Position numbers and translations under genes: made by a program | Notes under the pieces: model-generated | What the model was told of the DNA's origin: nothing | Databases searched by the model: none | What the model saw: the letters and a program-made list of their open reading frames with translations, nothing else | Shown here: positions 31,440-41,877 of the stretch, piece after piece | How the letters are laid out: each line of letters starts with the position of its first letter | Position numbering within the stretch: the stretch's first letter is position 1 | NCBI GenBank assembly: GCA_036759505.1 | Contig: DAIOUM010000002.1 | Coordinates: 14,559-78,558 of the forward strand | DNA from: Alishewanella sp. | GTDB taxonomy: Bacteria; Pseudomonadota; Gammaproteobacteria; Enterobacterales; Alteromonadaceae | Reading direction: 5' to 3' | Length of the DNA: 64,000 nucleotides

Positions 31440-32160
31440 AGTTTTTCTCTCGTTGCCAACTTGTCGCCAGTCCGACGGCCAGCACCGCGATCGCCAGACC
31501 AAGCCATTGCAAGGCATAACCACGGTGTTTTTCCGGCGGCATCACCACTGGCTGATAATGGGGGATAAAGTCAGATGCCTGCTGCTGATACAACACCGCC
31601 GGATACAGTGACCAGGGTAATTGTTGTTGCAGCAGGGCATAATCGATTTGCTGCATGCGCATCGGATAGCTGTCGCCTTCCAGATTCTGCCCCAGCAACA
31701 GTGCATTCGCCGGTCGGCTGCGCACCAGTGCCGCTATCGCGATTTCTGCCGGGATCTGCGGCTCGGGCAGCACTTGCCGGTTGTGGCCGGCAGCGAGCCA
31801 GCCCAGATTCACCAGCACCAGTGTGCTGCTATCGGCAAATTGCACCGGAATAATCACATCATAGCCAACCTTGCCGTGCAGAATTTGATTATCCAGCAAC
31901 CAGATATAGGGCGGGACCCAATAGCCGGTGTCGCTAAGCAGAGCACCATCCAGTTCGGTTGCAGAACCCGCCAGCAGCTGCCGGCCGCTCACTGGCCCTT
32001 GCTGCTGCACTAAGGCGATTTGCTGCAGCTGCGCGGTTTTTTCGGCTGCCCGTTGCCATTGCCAATGTGATAACTTGATCAAAATGGCAAAAGCGGTCAG
32101 AGTAATTAATAACCAGACCCGGTTAACCGTAAATAATTGACCGAACAACTTAAACTGCAT
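31426..32160 (-). CDS. SURF1 family cytochrome oxidase biogenesis protein
   Basis: WQWQRAAEK, LLDNQ, VNLGW, HRGYALQW. Confidence 0.95.
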   Translation of the reverse strand: MQFKLFGQLFTVNRVWLLITLTAFAILIKLSHWQWQRAAEKTAQLQQIALVQQQGPVSGRQLLAGSATELDGALLSDTGYWVPPYIWLLDNQILHGKVGYDVIIPVQFADSSTLVLVNLGWLAAGHNRQVLPEPQIPAEIAIAALVRSRPANALLLGQNLEGDSYPMRMQQIDYALLQQQLPWSLYPAVLYQQQASDFIPHYQPVVMPPEKHRGYALQWLGLAIAVLAVGLATSWQREKNYEQE

Positions 32161-32181
32161 CAGTCAGACTCCGGAGTAGCT

Positions 32182-32391
32182 ATGCTTATTAAAATCATTA
32201 TCGGCGCACTGTTAATCTTTATCGTGTTTAATCTGGCCAGAGCCGGGGTGGCAATGGTGCGACAGCAGGAGAGTACCCTGCCAATGTCGCACTTTCTTGG
32301 CCGCCGGGTCCTGTATTCTGCCATCGCCCTGGGCCTGATCCTGCTGGCGATTGCCACCGGCCTGATCACACCAAACCCGCGGCCTTACTAG
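32182..32391 (+). CDS. DUF2909-like small two-TM protein, antisense within the cox cluster
   Basis: ATG 32182 with SD GGAG; two hydrophobic helices, LGRRV, PNPRPY. Confidence 0.85.
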   Translation: MLIKIIIGALLIFIVFNLARAGVAMVRQQESTLPMSHFLGRRVLYSAIALGLILLAIATGLITPNPRPY

Positions 32392-32397
32392 GCCGCG

Positions 32398-33276
32398 TCA
32401 CAACACATAAACAAAGAAGAACAGGCACACCCAAACCACATCAACAAAGTGCCAGTACCAGGCTCCGGCCTGAAACGCGAAGTGTTTTTCTGGCGTAAAG
32501 TGTCCTTTCAGCACCCGCAGAAACACAAAGAACAGGATCAGGGCGCCCAGCGTCACATGTAGGCCGTGGAAACCGGTTAACAGGTAAAAGGTATTGCCAT
32601 AGAAGCCGGAATCAAGCCGCAAGCCCAGATCGCGATAGGCGTGCACATATTCGTAGCCCTGCAGGCATAAAAAGATCACCCCCAGCAACAGGGTAACAAA
32701 CAGCATGCCCTTTAGTTGACCCCGTTTATTCTGCTCCAGACCGGTATGGGCAAAGTGCAGTGTGACCGAGGAAATCAGCAGGATAGCCGTATTAATCGCC
32801 GGCAAACCCCAGGCTGGCATGGCCTGAGTTTCTATACCACCCGGTGTTTTTACCAGTGGCCATACCGGCTGAAAATCCGGCCACAGGATGGCAAAGGTCA
32901 TGGCATTATTGCTTGCTCCTCCCAGCCATTCCATCGCAATGACCCGGCCGTAAAACAAAGCACCGAAGAAGGCCATAAAGAACATCACTTCCGACACAAT
33001 AAACCAGCTCATGCCCTGCCGGAAAGATCGATCCATCTGGCTGCTATACAAGCCAGACATGGACTCATCAATCACATTGCGGAACCAGCCAACCAGCATA
33101 AAGACCAGAATGGCTAAGCCCAGTAACAATAACCAGCCACCAAAGCCAGTTTGTTGTTTACTCATATCAATAACATAGTGACCGGCGCCAAAGGCAATAC
33201 AAAATAACGCCACAGCACCGACGATCGGCCAGGGACTTTGCGCCGGGACATAATATTTTTCGTACGTTTTACTCAT
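32398..33276 (-). CDS. coxC: Cytochrome c oxidase subunit III
   Basis: YYVPAQSPWP, FIVSEVMFF, TGFHGLHV, WYWHFVDVVW; ATG at 33276. Confidence 0.97.
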   Translation of the reverse strand: MSKTYEKYYVPAQSPWPIVGAVALFCIAFGAGHYVIDMSKQQTGFGGWLLLLGLAILVFMLVGWFRNVIDESMSGLYSSQMDRSFRQGMSWFIVSEVMFFMAFFGALFYGRVIAMEWLGGASNNAMTFAILWPDFQPVWPLVKTPGGIETQAMPAWGLPAINTAILLISSVTLHFAHTGLEQNKRGQLKGMLFVTLLLGVIFLCLQGYEYVHAYRDLGLRLDSGFYGNTFYLLTGFHGLHVTLGALILFFVFLRVLKGHFTPEKHFAFQAGAWYWHFVDVVWVCLFFFVYVL

Positions 33277-33277
33277 C

Positions 33278-33832
33278 TTATTCCCCAAGATTTTCAGTAG
33301 CGGCACTGCCCTGCCAGTTAGCTGTCACATCGTACAGGGTGTAATTCAGCGTAATAGTGCTGAACTGTGCAGGCAGGGCCGGATCAACGTAAAACTGAAC
33401 TGGCATCAGCATCTTATTGCCAGCTGCCAGTTGTTGTTGGGTAAAGCAGAAACATTCGATTTTATGCAGATACAACGCGGCCTGTCCGGGTGAAACTGAG
33501 GGCACCGCCTGACCGACAATCATCCGGCCGGTTGGATTTTCGGCCAGATAATTCATCACATGCACTTCACCCGGATGTACCGTCAAACGGCGGATCTCCG
33601 GCTGAAAAATCCATGGCATGTCTTTATTCGGTCTGGCCAGAAACTCAATGGTCACTTCACGGCTGGTATCAATACCATCTGCCAGTACCGTAGCCGGTAC
33701 ATTAGAGGTTTTGCCATTGATACCGGTGACTTCACAGAACACATCGTAAAGTGGCACCAGCGCAAAGCCAAAACCAAACATTAGTACCGTTACCAGTAGC
33801 AGTTTGCTTACCAAAGTCCGATGCAGCTGCAT
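33278..33832 (-). CDS. ctaG: Cytochrome c oxidase assembly protein CtaG/Cox11
   Basis: VPLYDVFC, KIECFCF. Confidence 0.96.
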   Translation of the reverse strand: MQLHRTLVSKLLLVTVLMFGFGFALVPLYDVFCEVTGINGKTSNVPATVLADGIDTSREVTIEFLARPNKDMPWIFQPEIRRLTVHPGEVHVMNYLAENPTGRMIVGQAVPSVSPGQAALYLHKIECFCFTQQQLAAGNKMLMPVQFYVDPALPAQFSTITLNYTLYDVTANWQGSAATENLGE

Positions 33833-33840
33833 AGGGCCTC

Positions 33841-35427
33841 CTATTTCACTTCCGGCGGCGTATCAAAGGTATGGTAAGGTGCCGGCGACGGCACCTGCCA
33901 TTCCAAACCTTCAGCGCCTTCCCATACCTGTGCGGTCGCTTTTTCGCCGCCGCGGGCGCATTTGACAATCACCCAGACAAAAATCAGCTGCGATAAGCCA
34001 AACAGGAAGCCACCCACGCTGATAAAGGCATTGAAGTCGGCAAATTGCAGTGCATAGTCAGGGATCCGCCGTGGCATACCCGCCAGGCCAACGAAGTGCA
34101 TTGGGAAAAACAACAGATTGACTGAGATCAGCGAACACCAGAAATGCAGCTGACCTAACCTTTCGTCGTACATATAGCCGGTCCATTTCGGTAGCCAGTA
34201 GTAGGCGGCGGCGATAATGGAAAACACCGCGCCGGATACCAGTACATAGTGGAAATGCGCCACCACAAAGTAGGTATCGTGATACTGGAAGTCAGCCGGC
34301 GTAATAGCCAGCATCAAACCGGAAAAGCCGCCGATGGTGAATAACACGATAAAGGCCAGCGCAAACATCATCGGGACTTCAAAGGTCATGGCACCACGCC
34401 ACATGGTTGCGACCCAGTTAAACACCTTCACGCCGGTCGGCACAGCAATAAGCATGGTGCAATACATAAAGAACAGCGTGGCAAATACCGGCATACCGGT
34501 CGTAAACATATGGTGCGCCCAAACCAGGAACGATAAGACTGCGATACTGGCGGTGGCGTAAACCATAGAGGCATAACCAAACAACGGCTTGCGGGCAAAG
34601 GTTGGCACTATCGCCGAGACAATACCAAATGCCGGCAGGATCATAATGTAAACTTCCGGGTGACCGAAGAACCAGAAAATATGCTGGAACAATACCGGAT
34701 CGCCGCCACCGGCCGCATCAAAGAAGCTGGTACCAAAATATTTATCCGTTAATACCATAGTGACAGCGCCCGCCAGTACCGGCATCACCATAATCAGCAG
34801 GAAAGCAGTGATAAACCAGGTCCAGACGAACAGCGGCATCTTCATCCAGGTCATCCCCGGCGCCCGCATATTCCAGATGGTGACGATCACGTTGATGGCA
34901 CCCATAATTGAGGAAATCCCCATAATGTGTACCGAAAACACAAAGAGCGCCGTACTGTCATTACTGTAGGTAGTGGATAACGGGGCATAGAAAGTCCAGC
35001 CGAAATCCGGACCACCGCCCGGCATAAACAAACTCAGCAGCAGGATCAGAAACGCAAACGGCAGGATCCAAAAGCTCCAGTTATTCATTCGGGGCAGCGC
35101 CATATCTGGTGCGCCAATCATCATCGGGATCATCCAGTTCGCCAAGCCGGTAAAGGCTGGCATCACTGCCCCAAACACCATAATCAGACCATGAACTGTG
35201 GTCATCTGGTTGAAAAATTGCGGTTCAACAAACTGCATGCCGGGTTGAAACAGTTCCAACCGGATCACCATCGCCATACTACCGCCGATAAAGAACATCA
35301 CTAAAGCAAACACCAGATACATGGTGCCGATATCTTTATGGTTGGTAGTAAACAACCAGCGTTTTATTCCGGTTGGCTTATGGTCGTGATCATGGTCATG
35401 CTCATGTTCATGTGTAATAGCTGACAT
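33841..35427 (-). CDS. coxA: Cytochrome c oxidase subunit I (A1 type)
   Basis: TNHKDIG, FGHPEVY, WAHH, AHFHY. Confidence 0.98.
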   Translation of the reverse strand: MSAITHEHEHDHDHDHKPTGIKRWLFTTNHKDIGTMYLVFALVMFFIGGSMAMVIRLELFQPGMQFVEPQFFNQMTTVHGLIMVFGAVMPAFTGLANWMIPMMIGAPDMALPRMNNWSFWILPFAFLILLLSLFMPGGGPDFGWTFYAPLSTTYSNDSTALFVFSVHIMGISSIMGAINVIVTIWNMRAPGMTWMKMPLFVWTWFITAFLLIMVMPVLAGAVTMVLTDKYFGTSFFDAAGGGDPVLFQHIFWFFGHPEVYIMILPAFGIVSAIVPTFARKPLFGYASMVYATASIAVLSFLVWAHHMFTTGMPVFATLFFMYCTMLIAVPTGVKVFNWVATMWRGAMTFEVPMMFALAFIVLFTIGGFSGLMLAITPADFQYHDTYFVVAHFHYVLVSGAVFSIIAAAYYWLPKWTGYMYDERLGQLHFWCSLISVNLLFFPMHFVGLAGMPRRIPDYALQFADFNAFISVGGFLFGLSQLIFVWVIVKCARGGEKATAQVWEGAEGLEWQVPSPAPYHTFDTPPEVK

Positions 35428-35430
35428 CGC

Positions 35431-36576
35431 TTACTCTCCCTTACCCTGCTGCACAGCGTAAACATCCGCAGCTTGCACGGCATCACCGGTATTATTATCA
35501 AAGGCGTTGCGGGTATAGGTAATGACCGCGGCCAGTTCTTTTAAGCTCAGCTGCTTGCCAAAGGCTTGCATCGCTGTACCGGGCTTACCATTGACGATAA
35601 TATCGATATGAGCGCGGCGGTCATTCAGCACCAGCTGACTGCCACGGAGCGCAGGGAAGATACCGGGTAAACCATTGCCAGTGGCCTGATGACAGGCGAC
35701 ACACCAGCCCTGATACACCCGTTCACCGGTTGCCATCAGTTCTGCCATATCCATATTCATCGCCAGTAATTCACGCTCTGCTGCTTTTGCTGCGGCAATA
35801 CGGGCTTCTTCCTGTACCACCCAGGCCTGGTAATCCGCAGGCTCTTTCGCAATCACCACCACCGGCATAAAGCCATGATCTTTACCGCATAGCTCAGCGC
35901 ACTGACCACGATAAATACCTGGCTCATCTACCCGGGTCCAGGCTTCATTAATAAAGCCGGGGTTAGCGTCTTTTTTTACGGCGAAGGCAGGCACCCACCA
36001 GGAGTGAATCACGTCGTCAGAGGTCATCAGGAAACGGACTTTTTTCCCGGTTGGGATCACCAGCGGCCGGTCAACTTCCAGCAGATAGTTCTCGCCTTTG
36101 GCCAGCTTGTTGGCAATTTGCTCACGGGGTGTGGCCAACAAGGAGAAATATTCGATCTCATGATCAAGATATTTGTAATGCCACTTCCACTGCGAGCCCG
36201 TCACCAAGACGGTGACATCTGCAGCCGAGGTATCTTCCATCGCGATTAAGGTTTTGGTGGCAGGTATTGCCATACCAATCAGAATCACCACCGGAATGGC
36301 GGTCCATAAAATTTCAACCTTAGTGCTTTCGTGAAACTGAGCCGGCTGCACTCCCCGCGCTTTGCGATGGCGAATAATGGACCAGAACATGATCCCAAAC
36401 ACCACTGCACCGATAACGCAACAAATCCAGAAAATTGTCATATGCAGCTGATAAACCTGCTGACTAATTTCCGTAACGCCCCGGGTCATATTTAAAGGCA
36501 TGGATGTTGATGCATTTGCCGATGCGGCAAAAAGCAGGGTCGGCAGCGACCAAAGCAGACAACGCGCGTTTGTCAC
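35431..36576 (-). CDS. coxB: Cytochrome c oxidase subunit II with fused cytochrome c
   Basis: DVIHSW, CAELCGKDHGFM CuA site, C-terminal CVACH; GTG start with SD GAGGAG. Confidence 0.97.
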   Translation of the reverse strand: MTNARCLLWSLPTLLFAASANASTSMPLNMTRGVTEISQQVYQLHMTIFWICCVIGAVVFGIMFWSIIRHRKARGVQPAQFHESTKVEILWTAIPVVILIGMAIPATKTLIAMEDTSAADVTVLVTGSQWKWHYKYLDHEIEYFSLLATPREQIANKLAKGENYLLEVDRPLVIPTGKKVRFLMTSDDVIHSWWVPAFAVKKDANPGFINEAWTRVDEPGIYRGQCAELCGKDHGFMPVVVIAKEPADYQAWVVQEEARIAAAKAAERELLAMNMDMAELMATGERVYQGWCVACHQATGNGLPGIFPALRGSQLVLNDRRAHIDIIVNGKPGTAMQAFGKQLSLKELAAVITYTRNAFDNNTGDAVQAADVYAVQQGKGE

Positions 36577-36920
36577 TGTACTTCTCCTCTGTCATTTGCA
36601 AAGCAAATTGCAGAAACCAAGTACACAGAACTACACGGTTTTTTTTACTACCCACCCAACCGAATCTATGTGCTATACCCGTCATCCTTAAAGATTCGGG
36701 GATATAAGTTTCGCAATTTATTATTGTTATTGTTCTTGGGTTGATTTCGAGGCTAGCGCTGAAATCAGTAGCGGCACACCTGTTGTTATTTTTTCGCCGG
36801 CTACCGTCTAAGAATTATCCAGGATGAAGATTATGTAAACCCCTAAAATGCAAAAGTGCCGATAAAACCAACAGGTCATACCAGCACTTTTAAAAATAAG
36901 CTATTGAGAAATTTTATAAA

Positions 36921-37544
36921 TTATAACCAGCTACCGTTGCGGATCACCCCAACTGCCAAGCCTTCTACGGCGAAATACTGCTGCCGTAAGTCCACTTTTA
37001 TCACCTCAAAATCCGGATTTTCCGGGAACAGTAGTACCTGATGGCCATCGCGCTGAAAGCGTTTTACCGTGACCTCATCATCGACCCGCGCGACGATCAC
37101 CTGACCTGGCTGCGCCTGCTGGGTTTTGTGTACAGCTAGCAAGTCGCCATCCAGAATACCGATATCCCGCATACTCATGCCTTGCACCCGCAATAAGAAA
37201 TCGGCATGCGGTTTAAACAGGTTGGCATCGATCTGGTAATGATCCTGAACATGCTCTGCTGCCAGGATCGGCTGGCCGGCGGCGACTTTACCAATTAACG
37301 GCAAACCCAGTTGCTCCGGGGCCGTTTCATCCTCCAGTAAACGGATTCCACGCGAGGTGCCGGGTAACATCGCGATCACGCCTTTCTTGGCCAGAGCTTT
37401 TAAATGTTCTTCCGCTGCATTGGCTGACTTAAAACCCAGCCGTACCGCAATTTCCGCCCGCGTCGGCGGCATACCGGTTTCCTGTTGATAATCCTTAATC
37501 AGTTGCAGAATTTCTGCCTGCCGTGGAGTAAGAGGTCTGTTCAT
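36921..37544 (-). CDS. lexA: SOS repressor LexA
   Basis: PPTRAEI, VAAG cleavage site, GMSM, VTVK; ATG at 37544. Confidence 0.98.
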   Translation of the reverse strand: MNRPLTPRQAEILQLIKDYQQETGMPPTRAEIAVRLGFKSANAAEEHLKALAKKGVIAMLPGTSRGIRLLEDETAPEQLGLPLIGKVAAGQPILAAEHVQDHYQIDANLFKPHADFLLRVQGMSMRDIGILDGDLLAVHKTQQAQPGQVIVARVDDEVTVKRFQRDGHQVLLFPENPDFEVIKVDLRQQYFAVEGLAVGVIRNGSWL

Positions 37545-37545
37545 G

Positions 37546-37601
37546 CTGGCTACCCATACAGTATTTACTGTGAGTATATACAGTCTTTCTAGCCTTGCCA
37601 A
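37546..37601 (-). promoter_or_regulatory. lexA promoter with two SOS boxes
   Basis: CTG-N10-CAG at 37546-37561 and 37568-37583 (minus strand CTGTATATACTCACAG); TTGGCA-17 nt-TATACT. Confidence 0.93.
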
Positions 37602-37680
37602 GTTTTCAGCACGAACAAAACTTGCCGCTATGATCAGCTATGCTATTCTTAGCGCCCATTTTTTTCAGGTCAGTAAGGTT

Positions 37681-40137
37681 ATGTTGTCAGGCTTTAAGCT
37701 GTTTACCAAACTGTTACGATGGCCCATCCGGCTGTTGGTGAAATATAAAATTGTGCCCGATAATCCGCTGCATGCACTCGGAGTCGAGCCTGGACGGCCC
37801 TTGCTGTATATCTGCCATACTGAGTCCGCCAGTGATTTGGCAACCTTACGCCGGGTATGCCAGCAATTACAGTTGCCTGATCCGCTATCAAAGGTGCAAT
37901 TAGGGTCACAGCTACTACCACGTACCTTGTTTCTGGAGCAACCACACCGGCTGATCGGCGGGCGTGGCAAAACCCGCGCCCTGCAACAAGGCCAGCAACT
38001 GTTAGCCGCCCATCTGGCCCAGCCTGAGCTAAAAGCACAGTTAATGCCGGCTGCCATTTTATGGGGCCGGGCACCGGGTAAAGAGAACAGCATTAAATGG
38101 CTGATTGGCGAAGCACACTCACCAAACTGGCTGGCAAAATTACTTATTGTGCTGATTTCCGGACGCCATACGCTGGTACGGCTAAGTAAACCCGTGGATT
38201 TACAACAAATGGCGGCCCAGTTTGGTTCTGCACCGGAAACGGCGCGCAAACTACTGCGAATGTCGCGGATCCACTTTTACCGGCAACGGCTGGCAGCAAC
38301 CGGCCCCAAACTGATGCAACGAAATCAGTTATTTAATGCGTTACTGGCCTCGCCGGCGCTGAAAAAGGCCATTGCCGACGAGGCCGAAACTAAACGCATC
38401 AGTTATCAGGCGGCGCAACAGGAAGCCCGCAAGTTACTGCAGGAAATTGCCGCGGACTACCGCACCTCGACGCTACGCTTTGGCGACCGCATTCTCAGCT
38501 GGTTGTGGCAAAAACTCTATTACGGCATCAAGGTTAAAAATGCCGACAAGCTGCTTGAGCTGGCACAGAAAGGGCATGAAATCGTCTATGTTCCCTGCCA
38601 CCGCAGCCATATGGACTACTTACTACTTAGCTACATTATTTATCATCAGGGCCTGGTACCGCCGCATATTGCGGCTGGTATTAATCTGAATTTCTGGCCG
38701 GCCGGTACCATTTTCCGTCGTGGTGGCGCTTTCTTTATCCGGCGCAGCTTTAGCGGCAACAAGCTGTACTCTGCGGTATTCCGTGAATACCTGAGTCTGT
38801 TGTTTATCAAAGGCTATGCCGTCAAGTATTACACTGAGGGTGGTCGCAGCCGCACCGGTCGCTTATTGCAACCCAAAACCGGCATGCTGGCGATGACAGT
38901 ACAGTCGATGCTGCGCGGTATCGATCGCCCGGTCACGCTGGTACCGGTGTATCTGGGATACGAGCATGTGATGGAGGTCAATACCTACCTTAGCGAACTG
39001 CAGGGCTCAGGTAAGCAGAAAGAATCGGTGTTTGGTGTACTTAAGGCAATCCGTAATCTGCGCGATTATGGCTATGGCTATGTCAATTTCGGCGAGCCGA
39101 TTTCACTGAACCAGTATCTGAGCCAGCAGGTGCCAGCTTGGAAAAGTGAAATTAACCCGCTGGAAGCGCCTAAACCGCAGTGGTTAAATCCGGTGACCGG
39201 CAAGTTGTCCGAGCAGATTATGCGGCATATCAATCAGGCGGCGGCATTGAACAGCATTAACCTGATTGCCCTCTGTTTGCTGGCCAGCGATAAGCATAGT
39301 CTGACCCGGCAGGAGTTGGTGCAACAGTTGCAAGCCTATCTGACGTTGCAGCAAGCGGTACCCTATCATGCCAATGTCAGCCTGCCAGAACAAAGTGCCG
39401 AGCAAATGCTGGAACATGCAGCCAGGATGCAAAAAATCATGCTGACGGCAGACAGTTTCGGTCAACTGGTCAGTTTAAGCCCACAGCAAGCGGTGCTAAT
39501 GAGTTATTATCGGAATAATATTCTGCATCTGTTTATCCTGCCGGCCATTCTGGCTTCGGCCTTACTCCGACAACAGCGACTCAGTTTGACTGAACTGCAA
39601 AGCCTGGCCGAGCAACTGTATAGCCTGTTAAAACATGAATTATTTTTGCAGGTGCCCTCATTGCAGCACTATATCAGGCAACTGTTGCAACAACTGCAGG
39701 CGCAAGGGTTGTTAATACAGGACGGAGAAGATTATCTGGCTCCACCGCAGCACAGCCGCGAATATATGATGTTAGATTTACTGGCGCACAATGCCGAACA
39801 TACGCTGCAGCGCTATGCCATGGTCTTTAACCTGTTGCGGGCGCATGGCCCGCTGCCGCGCCCGGAGCTGGAACAGCAAAGCCATCAACTGGCGCAACGC
39901 TTACTAACCTTGCATGGCATCAATGCACCGGAGTACTACGACAAGAACCTGTTTGCCAGCTTGAGCCAGGCGTTAAAACTGGAAGGTTACTGTCAGTCAG
40001 ATCAGGACAACCGGCTACAGGCAACACCAGCTTTATCGCGGTTGGCAGCCACTGTTAACTTGCTGTTGCGTAGCGAGGTGTTACAAAGTATTCACAGCAT
40101 TATGCCGGAGGCCGCAACCACTCAGCCCGGCTCCTGA
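37681..40137 (+). CDS. plsB: Glycerol-3-phosphate acyltransferase PlsB
   Basis: [21 protein letters not shown]; divergent from lexA; start estimated at ATG 37681. Confidence 0.96.
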   Translation: MLSGFKLFTKLLRWPIRLLVKYKIVPDNPLHALGVEPGRPLLYICHTESASDLATLRRVCQQLQLPDPLSKVQLGSQLLPRTLFLEQPHRLIGGRGKTRALQQGQQLLAAHLAQPELKAQLMPAAILWGRAPGKENSIKWLIGEAHSPNWLAKLLIVLISGRHTLVRLSKPVDLQQMAAQFGSAPETARKLLRMSRIHFYRQRLAATGPKLMQRNQLFNALLASPALKKAIADEAETKRISYQAAQQEARKLLQEIAADYRTSTLRFGDRILSWLWQKLYYGIKVKNADKLLELAQKGHEIVYVPCHRSHMDYLLLSYIIYHQGLVPPHIAAGINLNFWPAGTIFRRGGAFFIRRSFSGNKLYSAVFREYLSLLFIKGYAVKYYTEGGRSRTGRLLQPKTGMLAMTVQSMLRGIDRPVTLVPVYLGYEHVMEVNTYLSELQGSGKQKESVFGVLKAIRNLRDYGYGYVNFGEPISLNQYLSQQVPAWKSEINPLEAPKPQWLNPVTGKLSEQIMRHINQAAALNSINLIALCLLASDKHSLTRQELVQQLQAYLTLQQAVPYHANVSLPEQSAEQMLEHAARMQKIMLTADSFGQLVSLSPQQAVLMSYYRNNILHLFILPAILASALLRQQRLSLTELQSLAEQLYSLLKHELFLQVPSLQHYIRQLLQQLQAQGLLIQDGEDYLAPPQHSREYMMLDLLAHNAEHTLQRYAMVFNLLRAHGPLPRPELEQQSHQLAQRLLTLHGINAPEYYDKNLFASLSQALKLEGYCQSDQDNRLQATPALSRLAATVNLLLRSEVLQSIHSIMPEAATTQPGS

Positions 40138-40991
40138 TACTCGCGGATCACCCCTTGCTGGATAGTAGTCGCCACCAGTTTACCATCGCGGGTAAAAAAC
40201 TGACCTTGCACTAAACCCCGGCCGCCGGATGCGGCCGGGCTATCCACAGCGTAGAGCAACCAGTCATCAAAACGAAAATCCTGATGAAACCACATGGCAT
40301 GGTCGATAGTGGCGACCTGCATATTTTTCGCCATAAAAGAACGACCATGCGGCTGCAAAGCAGTAGGCAGAAAGTTAAAATCTGATGCATAGGCCAGCAG
40401 ATATTTATGCACCCGCAGATCATCTGGCATGCTGCCATTGGCTTTAAACCAGACATAACGCTTTGGCGCACTGACCACCGGCGAAAACGGATTTTGAAAA
40501 TCCACCGGCCGCATTTCGATCGGTTTTTCGCAGATAAACTTACTGCGTAACTTTTCCGGAATTTGCGCCGCATGCTGTTGGTAGAAATCGAGATCCGATA
40601 CCAGCTGATCCGGCCCCGGTACCTGTGGCATGCTAAGCTGATGTTCAAAGCCCAGCTCCTCATCCTGGAATGACGCCGTCATATAGAAGATCGGTTTACC
40701 GTACTGAATGGCACTGACCCGGCGGGTACTAAAGCTTTTGCCATCACGGATATTGTCAACTTCATAGACAATCGGCTTGCTGGCATCACCCGGGCGTAAA
40801 AAATACGAATGGAACGAATGTAATTTACGCTCTTCGGGCAGCGTTTCTTTGGCTGCCGATAGCGCCTGACCCATCACCTGACCACCGAACACCGCCTTAA
40901 ACCCCAGATCCTGACTTTGGCCGCGGTATAAGCCTAGTTCTATGGTCTCAAGTTTCAGCAGTGATAATAAATTCGCAAGTACCTGACTCAT
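40122..40991 (-). CDS. tesB: Acyl-CoA thioesterase II
   Basis: [35 protein letters not shown] at 40991. Confidence 0.97.
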   Translation of the reverse strand: MSQVLANLLSLLKLETIELGLYRGQSQDLGFKAVFGGQVMGQALSAAKETLPEERKLHSFHSYFLRPGDASKPIVYEVDNIRDGKSFSTRRVSAIQYGKPIFYMTASFQDEELGFEHQLSMPQVPGPDQLVSDLDFYQQHAAQIPEKLRSKFICEKPIEMRPVDFQNPFSPVVSAPKRYVWFKANGSMPDDLRVHKYLLAYASDFNFLPTALQPHGRSFMAKNMQVATIDHAMWFHQDFRFDDWLLYAVDSPAASGGRGLVQGQFFTRDGKLVATTIQQGVIREYQEPG

Positions 40992-41052
40992 ACGGTAACC
41001 TTTTCCGCTAGCAAGAGGAGTTATTCTGCCGTAATTACCGGAGCCTGGCAAA

Positions 41053-41511
41053 ATGAACTATTGGTTATTTAAAACTGAACCCAGCGAATGCAGTATTGAC
41101 GATTTTGCGCGCGCCCCAACAACGCCTATTGTTTGGGAGGGTGTACGTAATTATCAGGCACGAAACTTTCTGCGTGATGGCGTCCAGGTCGGTGATCACG
41201 TGTTAATCTATCATTCCAGTTGCAAGGATATTGGTGTAGCAGGGATCGCGGAAGTGGTCAGATCGGCTTATGCTGATCCGAGCCAATTTGACTGCCGTAG
41301 TTTATATTATGATCCAAAAGCTAAAGCTGAGCAGCCACGCTGGGTCGCCGTCGATTTGCGTTTTGTGCAAAAATTGCCCAGACTAATAACACTAGACAAA
41401 ATTAAAAGCTCGGCTAAGATGGCAGAGTTGCCGGTTGTTCAAAAAGGCAGCAGACTGTCAGTGATGCCGGTTACGATACAACAATGGCGGGATTTATTGG
41501 CTTTACAATAG
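41053..41511 (+). CDS. EVE domain protein
   Basis: [29 protein letters not shown]. Confidence 0.95.
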   Translation: MNYWLFKTEPSECSIDDFARAPTTPIVWEGVRNYQARNFLRDGVQVGDHVLIYHSSCKDIGVAGIAEVVRSAYADPSQFDCRSLYYDPKAKAEQPRWVAVDLRFVQKLPRLITLDKIKSSAKMAELPVVQKGSRLSVMPVTIQQWRDLLALQ

Positions 41512-41544
41512 TCCCTGACTTAATCCTGTGTTTTGGAGCCCGTT

Positions 41545-41787
41545 ATGCTAGCGATACAGGTACAGGAAAGGCGCCAGACGGAAAAGGACCTTAATTATTT
41601 TTGGGATCAGTTAAGCTTAGCGCAGAAATTTTCGGTGGCTGAATTGCAGCGTTATGGCTACCAGCTACAGTTTGTTCGTCATTTACCCTACGGTAAGCTT
41701 GCGGTACTTGACTTTGACGGCAAGCTGGCGGCGATTGACCAGGAAGGCCAGATTGATACCACTCCCAGTATAGTACTTCGGGGCTGA
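41545..41787 (+). CDS. Hypothetical protein (80 aa)
   Basis: SD GGAG before ATG 41545; ERRQ...LSLAQKF...YGYQLQFVR; followed by a terminator. Confidence 0.75.
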   Translation: MLAIQVQERRQTEKDLNYFWDQLSLAQKFSVAELQRYGYQLQFVRHLPYGKLAVLDFDGKLAAIDQEGQIDTTPSIVLRG

Positions 41788-41837
41788 GTGTTATTATCTG
41801 TTAACTGATTCAGATAGCTACAACAGCTACTCAAAAG

Positions 41838-41862
41838 ATAACGCCGGCTTAGCCGGCGTTAT
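41838..41862. terminator. Hairpin terminator between convergent genes
   Basis: ATAACGCCGGC-TTA-GCCGGCGTTAT. Confidence 0.75.
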
Positions 41863-41877
41863 TACTTTAAAGTCAGG

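Noticed and set aside
36464..36685. 73-aa ORF in the cox leader as a possible leader peptide
   Set aside because: The SD-like AAGG abuts the ATG, it overlaps coxB out of frame, and it has no telling composition; unsupported without ribosome profiling.
37543..37680. Upstream extensions of plsB and lexA in the ORF track
   Set aside because: They run through the SOS boxes and promoter; real starts are better placed at 37681 and 37544.
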